Source: Acidobacteriota bacterium
GTDB taxonomy: Bacteria; Acidobacteriota; UBA6911
DNA: 64,000 bases
Assembly: GCA_963664705.1 (NCBI GenBank)
Contig: OY761556.1
Coordinates: forward strand, 1,120,001-1,184,000
Reading direction: 5' to 3'
In this document: positions 58,397 through 64,000 of the stretch, piece by piece
How the letters are laid out: every line of letters starts with the position of its first letter
Position numbering within the stretch: the stretch's first letter is position 1
Position numbers and translations under genes: made by a program
The notes under the pieces: model-generated
Databases searched by the model: none
The model's input: the letters and a program-made list of their open reading frames with translations, nothing else
What the model was told of the DNA's origin: nothing

Positions 58397-58442
58397 TTAG
58401 TTGCGCAAGTATTTCGAGTTTTTCAATAACGGGGGAAAGGAA

Positions 58443-58484
58443 GTGACATTCGCGGCAGAGAGGCGCTTCCACCGCGAATGTCAC
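58443..58484 (-). terminator. Hairpin terminator after HD-GYP gene
   Basis: GTGACATTCGCGG / CCGCGAATGTCAC perfect 13-bp stem, followed by TTCCTTT. Confidence 0.55.
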
Positions 58485-58488
58485 GGAG

Positions 58489-59622
58489 CTAAGCCGATTC
58501 GACTCTGGGGCTTGTGGGTATTCGTTGGAGAATCCCCCGATCCGCAATTGTGAGGAAAGTGCGGACAAGCTGAGGATCGAATTGCGTTCCGGCTCCACGG
58601 TTCAAATGGGAGAGGGCTTCCGCGGCGGTCATCCCGGTTCGGTAGGGCCGATCAGACGTCATCGCGTCAAAGGCATCGACAATGGCCAGAATGCGCGCCC
58701 CAATCGGAATGCTGTCGCCGCTCAAGGAACTCGGATACCCGTGTCCATTGTAGTGTTCATGATGGTGACGAATGGCCGGCAACGCTTCGCGAAATTCGCT
58801 GAGAGGCTCCAGGACTCGCACGCCTATGTCCGGGTGATTCTTTATGTGCATGAATTCCTGTTCGGAGAGCGGTCCGGTTTTTGCGAGCACAGACTCTCGA
58901 ATCCCTATCTTGCCGAGGTCGTGAAACATGCCAGCAATCTGCAAAATCTCCTGTTCGCGTATATTGAGCCCCGCCGCGCTGCCAAGCTGCAGCCCGAGCC
59001 AGGCGACGCGTCTGGAGTGGCCATCGGTGTAGGGATCCCTGGCTTCCAAGGCTGTGATCAGAGACTGAATGACACTGAGGGTCAGGCGGTGCACCTGGGA
59101 GGTCCGCTGTACAACCATATTTTCCAGCCCATTCTGATACTCCCGCAGTTTCCGTTTGAGAGCCGTGCGCTGCAGCGCCTGCGTAACCCTGTTAGTTATC
59201 TGTGGAATATTAAAGGGTTTCAGAAGGTAGTCGTCCGCTTCGCACTGAATCGCAGAAATCGCCTTTTCAATCTCATTATTGCCCGTAATCAGCAGAACAG
59301 CCAGGTCCGGGTCCATTTTCTTGATTGTGCGCAGGAGTTCAAAGCCGTCCATCTGCGGCATGTTTAGGTCACTGAGCACCGCATCAACATCCCTGTTTTC
59401 AAGCAGCTCCACCGCCTGCGTTCCCGTACCGGCCTCAAAACACTCAAAGCCCATTCTGGTAAAATGACGCTTGAGGACCCCGCGGATTGCGGATTCATCA
59501 TCGACTATCAGGAGCCTGGATCGTCCTCGCTTGGGCTGAGAATCTTCGGCCGGAGCGGTTGCTGAATTGGATTCCAGAAAACTCAAGGTTTGATAGGTCA
59601 GGCATGAATTGGTCGCGGTCAT
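58489..59622 (-). CDS. Response regulator with HD-GYP c-di-GMP phosphodiesterase domain
   Basis: REC (LIVDDE, SDLNMP, KP); YTDGHS; FHDLGKIG; HHEHYNGHGYP; DAMTSDRPYR. Confidence 0.93.
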   Translation of the reverse strand: MTATNSCLTYQTLSFLESNSATAPAEDSQPKRGRSRLLIVDDESAIRGVLKRHFTRMGFECFEAGTGTQAVELLENRDVDAVLSDLNMPQMDGFELLRTIKKMDPDLAVLLITGNNEIEKAISAIQCEADDYLLKPFNIPQITNRVTQALQRTALKRKLREYQNGLENMVVQRTSQVHRLTLSVIQSLITALEARDPYTDGHSRRVAWLGLQLGSAAGLNIREQEILQIAGMFHDLGKIGIRESVLAKTGPLSEQEFMHIKNHPDIGVRVLEPLSEFREALPAIRHHHEHYNGHGYPSSLSGDSIPIGARILAIVDAFDAMTSDRPYRTGMTAAEALSHLNRGAGTQFDPQLVRTFLTIADRGILQRIPTSPRVESA

Positions 59623-59720
59623 TGGAGTTGATCTCCCACATAGAGCCCTGGTGTTTGTGAATCAAATGCTGTGTTCTGCTGCCAAATCGAACGTGAAGCT
59701 GCGCGATCTGATTTTGATTC

Positions 59721-59736
59721 TGCAATCGGTGTGCCA
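59721..59736 (-). promoter_or_regulatory. Sigma-54 -24/-12 promoter of HD-GYP gene
   Basis: Minus strand TGGCAC-ACCGA-TTGCA, an exact consensus match about 100 bp upstream of the start. Confidence 0.8.
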
Positions 59737-60147
59737 TGACGGCGTTTTGCTTCGAAGGAATTTGGTTTATTGGAATGTTGCAAGAATCAAAAGTGTTAAG
59801 TGATTGAATGTCCTATACATCAAAACTCGTTTGTCGGCGAAAAAAACGCATTGCCTTGTGGTGACCCCAAAATTTTTTCAATGTTTGAAAAGTGTGACGA
59901 CCATCACAACGGGAAGGCGCTGCGCTTTTTGGGGAATCGTTTCCCTAGTGGGCTGGATGAAACGAATCGGTTAATAACTTTTCTGATGTGGGAATAAATA
60001 TTTGAAATCGATTTCGATTTTGTTTAGGCCCTCATCGGGTTCAAAATCGGGAAGGATCCAGTTCGTTGTAATTCGAACGCTTCGACTCTATAATGGGCGC
60101 CTGACAAAAATTGCGGGTAGCGTAGTTTTGGGGTTCGGATTTCAAGC

Positions 60148-61572
60148 ATGAATCAAAAGAAGATCCTCATTGTCGATGACGAAGTTGCCATCGTTCAGAT
60201 GCTGAGCCGCATTCTCCGAAAGGATGGGTACGAGGTTCTTGAGGCGGATTCAGCCGCAAAAGCGCTGGAATCCGCACAGGGGAATGTCCCTGATCTGGTT
60301 CTGCTCGATTTGAACCTTCCCGATGAAAACGGGCTGGTTGTGCTGGGGCGCATTCTTCGCGCGCATCCGGCCACTCAGATTGTCATGATGACCGGTCAGG
60401 GAGATATCGAGACAGCGGTTCAAGCCATGAAGCTTGGAGCCAGGGATTTCCTTACCAAGCCGTTTGAGCCGAGCCAGTTGCGCTCGAGTCTTCAGTCTCT
60501 ATGGCGCCAAAACTCGGAATATGGGTCGGTGACGAAGATCCCGATTGGTGACAGCCCCGAAATCCAGGAAGTCTGGTCCCAGATATCCCGCTATGCGATT
60601 CCCGATGTGAGTATTCTGCTTGTAGGGGAAAGCGGAACAGGGAAGGAACTGTTTGCGCGCGTCATTCACGCGCAGAGCAAACGATGTGGCCGGCAGTTTG
60701 TCGCGCTGGACTGCGCAACGCTTCCCGAAACCCTGGTGGAAAGTGAGCTGTTCGGGCATGAAAAGGGGGCCTTTACCGGTGCAACGGAGCAGCGGACGGG
60801 TAAGTTCGAGCTTGCGCACGGAGGCACCATCTTCCTCGATGAAATCGGAAATCTTCCCCTTAATTTTCAGGCAAAACTGTTGCGCGTTGTTCAGGAGCGG
60901 TATATCGACAGGTTGGGTGGCCAGCGATCTATTCCTGTAGATGTCCGCATCGTATCCGCCACAAACCTGAACCTGGAACAAGCCATCCAGAAGGGGGCTT
61001 TCCGTGAGGATCTCTATCATCGAATTGCCCAGGTGGTAATTCGCATCCCGCCTCTCAGGGAACGCCGGGGTGATATCGAGAAGCTGACCTCGTTTTTTAT
61101 CGATCTGTTCAACGTCCGGTTCGGCAGAAACATACAGGGAATTTCGGACGGAGCGCTGAACCTGATCTGCGAATATCGTTGGCCCGGCAATGTCCGCGAA
61201 CTGGAGAACGCTGTCTGTGCCGCGGTGCTCGCGGCCGATGATACCATTGAGGTCGAATCTCTGCCGGATCGTCTGCGCCGACCCACGCGGGGCATCGGGG
61301 CGGAGACTGCCGCTGCCTATTTTAGAGAACTGGCGGCTCAGCAGGTTACGCTCAGCCTGAAAAGCGGCGTTTTGGATCTGAAGGCTTTTGTGGCCGGGTT
61401 TGAAGAGCAGATCGAGCAGGCTGTGCTGCGCGAACTCATCGGGCGACGCCGGTTCACGCAAATGGAGTTATGCTCATTGCTGAAGGTGGATCCCAAGACG
61501 CTGAGGGCAAAACTCAATAAATACGATCTCCGGGACCTTCCCGGAGGCTCTCTCCCGACCTCCGACAAGTAG
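60148..61572 (+). CDS. Sigma-54-dependent NtrC-family response regulator
   Basis: REC; GESGTGKE; ESELFGHEKGAFTGA; FLDEIG; WPGNVRELEN; C-terminal HTH. Confidence 0.95.
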   Translation: MNQKKILIVDDEVAIVQMLSRILRKDGYEVLEADSAAKALESAQGNVPDLVLLDLNLPDENGLVVLGRILRAHPATQIVMMTGQGDIETAVQAMKLGARDFLTKPFEPSQLRSSLQSLWRQNSEYGSVTKIPIGDSPEIQEVWSQISRYAIPDVSILLVGESGTGKELFARVIHAQSKRCGRQFVALDCATLPETLVESELFGHEKGAFTGATEQRTGKFELAHGGTIFLDEIGNLPLNFQAKLLRVVQERYIDRLGGQRSIPVDVRIVSATNLNLEQAIQKGAFREDLYHRIAQVVIRIPPLRERRGDIEKLTSFFIDLFNVRFGRNIQGISDGALNLICEYRWPGNVRELENAVCAAVLAADDTIEVESLPDRLRRPTRGIGAETAAAYFRELAAQQVTLSLKSGVLDLKAFVAGFEEQIEQAVLRELIGRRRFTQMELCSLLKVDPKTLRAKLNKYDLRDLPGGSLPTSDK

Positions 61573-61615
61573 GGGCAAACATCCATCTCTGCTCCGGAAT
61601 TTTTTTATTGCTTGC

Positions 61616-62809
61616 ATGAGCTCATCGTCAGGAGAGCCCATCTTGGATCATAAATATGATGCAATTGTGATCGGAGGAGGACCGGCCGGTTCGGCTGCGG
61701 CCCATGTGATATCGGGAAGCGGCATGAATGTGGCGGTGATCGACAAAGCCATATTTCCGCGCAATAAACTCTGCGGAGGCCTGCTGACACAGCGAAGTCA
61801 GGCGGTATTTAAGAGCGTCTTCGGGGAAGTCTGGGGGCCGACTATCGAGACTGTCGCCGACGGCATTGTTTTTTATCATCGGGATCGATTACTGAATCAG
61901 CTCGACTCCTATAAGCGTGTTTTTTTCACTTCCCGTCCCAACTACGATACCTATCTGCTGGAGCTTGCGGAAAAACGCGGAACCCGGTTATTCCAGGGGA
62001 ATGGGGTTTCATCGATTGACCTGGAGAGCCGCACGGTTTTTCTGTCCGGCGGTCGTTCGATCAAGGCGGATTTCATCATTGGAGCCGATGGCGTCAACAG
62101 CCGCACCTTGAGACTCATCGACCGGTCCACGGATCGGATCCGTACTCTGGCCTTAGGACTCGAATCCGAGTTGCCTCGCGATATGCTGAAGAGAAAGATC
62201 GAGGCTCCGGAAATCTATCTGGGGATTGCGCGGTGGGGCTATGGCTGGGTATTTCCCAAAAAGAACACCGTTACAGTCGGACTTGCGGGGCTTCAATACA
62301 CCAATAAATCACTGCGGCTGAAGTTCGAGCAGTTTCTCCAGCAGATCTGCGGTTTTTCCCCCGGAATTCCATATGAGGGACACCACATTCCCTTTGGGTA
62401 TTACCAGGATATGCCGGGTCGCGGTGCAACGCTGCTCGTGGGCGATGCAGCCGGACTGGTGGAGCCGATTACCGGAGAGGGCATCGCCTTTGCTATGCTG
62501 AGCGGGAAATATGCCGGCGAAGCGGTGATTCAGGCGGCCTCACAGGGAAATCCAGATTCAGCGCTGCACTTCTATCTTGATGGGTATCGCAGGATTACGT
62601 CGCTGCTGAAGCAGGCAAAATGGATGCGGTATCTGCTTTTCCCCGAAATCTCCCAGAAATTCCTGATCAAAGCGCTTCCGCACAGCCAGTCCATCATGAA
62701 GAGATATATGGACTTGATTGCGGGCGAAATTGACTACGTCGATTATCTGGCGCACCTTTTCAAAAGACTGGCTCGGAATCCGTTCTTCCTGATGAAACTC
62801 GCCAAGTGA
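61616..62809 (+). CDS. Geranylgeranyl reductase family FAD oxidoreductase
   Basis: GGGPAGS; FPRNKLCGG; GADGVNS; GYGWVFPK; VGDAAGLVEPITGEGI. Confidence 0.9.
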   Translation: MSSSSGEPILDHKYDAIVIGGGPAGSAAAHVISGSGMNVAVIDKAIFPRNKLCGGLLTQRSQAVFKSVFGEVWGPTIETVADGIVFYHRDRLLNQLDSYKRVFFTSRPNYDTYLLELAEKRGTRLFQGNGVSSIDLESRTVFLSGGRSIKADFIIGADGVNSRTLRLIDRSTDRIRTLALGLESELPRDMLKRKIEAPEIYLGIARWGYGWVFPKKNTVTVGLAGLQYTNKSLRLKFEQFLQQICGFSPGIPYEGHHIPFGYYQDMPGRGATLLVGDAAGLVEPITGEGIAFAMLSGKYAGEAVIQAASQGNPDSALHFYLDGYRRITSLLKQAKWMRYLLFPEISQKFLIKALPHSQSIMKRYMDLIAGEIDYVDYLAHLFKRLARNPFFLMKLAK

Positions 62810-62958
62810 TCCCGGCGATTTACCGGGCAATTCCATTGGCTTTGGTTTTTCCCCTGCGTATTCCGCGCGCCGTGATTTCCCGAGATATTTCACTATAGAA
62901 TGGAGGGCATGCTTGCTATGTTGAGTGTGTGCCCGATATGGGGAGAAGAGAGCCGAAT

Positions 62959-63678
62959 ATGAAAAGACTGCTGCTGCTCAGTAACTCGACTATGGCCGGA
63001 CAGCCATATCTTGAATATCCCAAAGAGGACATCAAACAGTTTTTAGGAAATAAAAAAGTCACAGCCCTTTTCCTGCCCTTTGCGGCCGTTGCGTTTTCCT
63101 GGGATGAATACGAATCCAGAGTGAAGGAGCGCTTTCTGGAAATAGGGCACGATGTAATTTCCATTCATCGTTTTCCGGATGCGGCCCAAGCGGTGCGGGA
63201 CGCGGAAGCTATTGTGGTAGGCGGAGGGAATACGTGGAACCTGCTGTATCATGTCCACTCACTCGATTTGATTGAGCCGGTTCGGGAGAAAGTGCTGTTC
63301 GGAACGAAGTACATCGGATGGAGTGCGGGTGCGAATGTAGCCTGTCCGACCATCATGACTACGAACGATATGCCGATTGTGGATCCCAAAGGGTTTCATG
63401 CATTCAACCTGGTGCCGTTTCAGATCAACCCGCATTACCTGGATGCCAACCCGGAGGGGCATGGCGGAGAAACCCGGGAAGAACGCATCCTCGAGTTCAC
63501 AGCCGTGAATCGCGATGTTTATGTGGCCGGATTGCGCGAAGGGTGCATGTTTTATGTCAATGGTTCGGAAATGCGCATAAAAGGAATACGCACACTTCGC
63601 CTGTTCAAATACGGAGCAGAACCGCGTGAAATGCGAACGGATGACGATTTGAGTTTCATGCTGCGGACTTCCGCGTAA
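62959..63678 (+). CDS. pepE: Dipeptidase E (peptidase S51)
   Basis: LLLLSNST; VGGGNT; GWSAGANV; TTNDMPI; FQINPHY; GHGGETREERI. Confidence 0.95.
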   Translation: MKRLLLLSNSTMAGQPYLEYPKEDIKQFLGNKKVTALFLPFAAVAFSWDEYESRVKERFLEIGHDVISIHRFPDAAQAVRDAEAIVVGGGNTWNLLYHVHSLDLIEPVREKVLFGTKYIGWSAGANVACPTIMTTNDMPIVDPKGFHAFNLVPFQINPHYLDANPEGHGGETREERILEFTAVNRDVYVAGLREGCMFYVNGSEMRIKGIRTLRLFKYGAEPREMRTDDDLSFMLRTSA

Positions 63679-63706
63679 AAGCAGCGGCAAGCCTGTTGCT
63701 GGTACA

Positions 63707-64000
63707 ATGGGAAATGCGATGGATCCGACTCAGCGATTTTCGACCCGTGTCGACAACTATATAAAATATCGGCCGCACTATCCCCGCGAGGTGATCGACA
63801 CTCTTGTTTTGAAATGTGGGCTGACTTCCGCTTGTCTGATCGCCGATATCGGATCCGGATCCGGTGCTCTGACGGAAGCGTTTCTCCGGCATGGCAACCG
63901 GGTATTCGCAGTGGAACCCAACCGGGAAATGAGAAAGGGGGCCGAGCGGCTCCTGGGGCATTATTCCGGATTTTGCAGCATTGAAGGGCGGGCGGAATCG
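63707..64000 (+). CDS. Class I SAM-dependent methyltransferase, 3'-truncated by window edge
   Basis: Translated by hand: MGNAMDPTQRFSTRVDNYIKYRPHYP...IADIGSGSG...VFAVEPN.EMR; open to the edge. Confidence 0.85.
   Translation, partial: MGNAMDPTQRFSTRVDNYIKYRPHYPREVIDTLVLKCGLTSACLIADIGSGSGALTEAFLRHGNRVFAVEPNREMRKGAERLLGHYSGFCSIEGRAES

Noticed and set aside
58301-58488. c-di-GMP riboswitch between HD-GYP and MCP genes
   Set aside because: No GEMM-like motif; the region is explained by a hairpin and a sigma28 promoter.
1-64000. CRISPR arrays, tRNA/rRNA, IS elements, integrases
   Set aside because: No regularly spaced repeats, structural RNA signatures or transposase/integrase ORFs seen.

Overview
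A gene-dense 64-kb chromosomal window from a diderm bacterium, probably anaerobic or facultative. The lineage is not proven from sequence, although several small exported proteins look Acidobacteriota-like. I found no rRNA, tRNA, CRISPR array, prophage or IS. The centrepiece (29.0-43.7 kb) is a corrinoid-dependent methyl-transfer island: six URO-D-fold methyltransferase paralogs, one corrinoid protein, one methyl-THF methyltransferase and one 2Fe-2S ASKHA reductive activator, plus three unexplained members (a lone hydantoinase/oxoprolinase-A-like ATPase, an arylamine N-acetyltransferase and a DUF2284 protein). Other highlights: (1) a 2063-aa secreted protein with a nucleotidyltransferase-like motif and toxin-like layout next to a secreted TPR protein; (2) a signal-peptide-bearing tetrapyrrole methyltransferase paired with a hexaheme c7-type cytochrome; (3) several Tat-exported flavoproteins, two sharing an identically placed TGTCACA-N4-TGTGACA operator; (4) a Zn-macrodomain/class-M sirtuin pair without its usual lipoylation partners. 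The rest comprises modABC with an XRE-PBP regulator, secreted esterases and a GH3 glycosidase, trehalose genes, an AprAB-like pair and a sigma54/sigma28-wired HD-GYP/MCP signalling block. All calls come from motif recognition by eye; no database searches were run.
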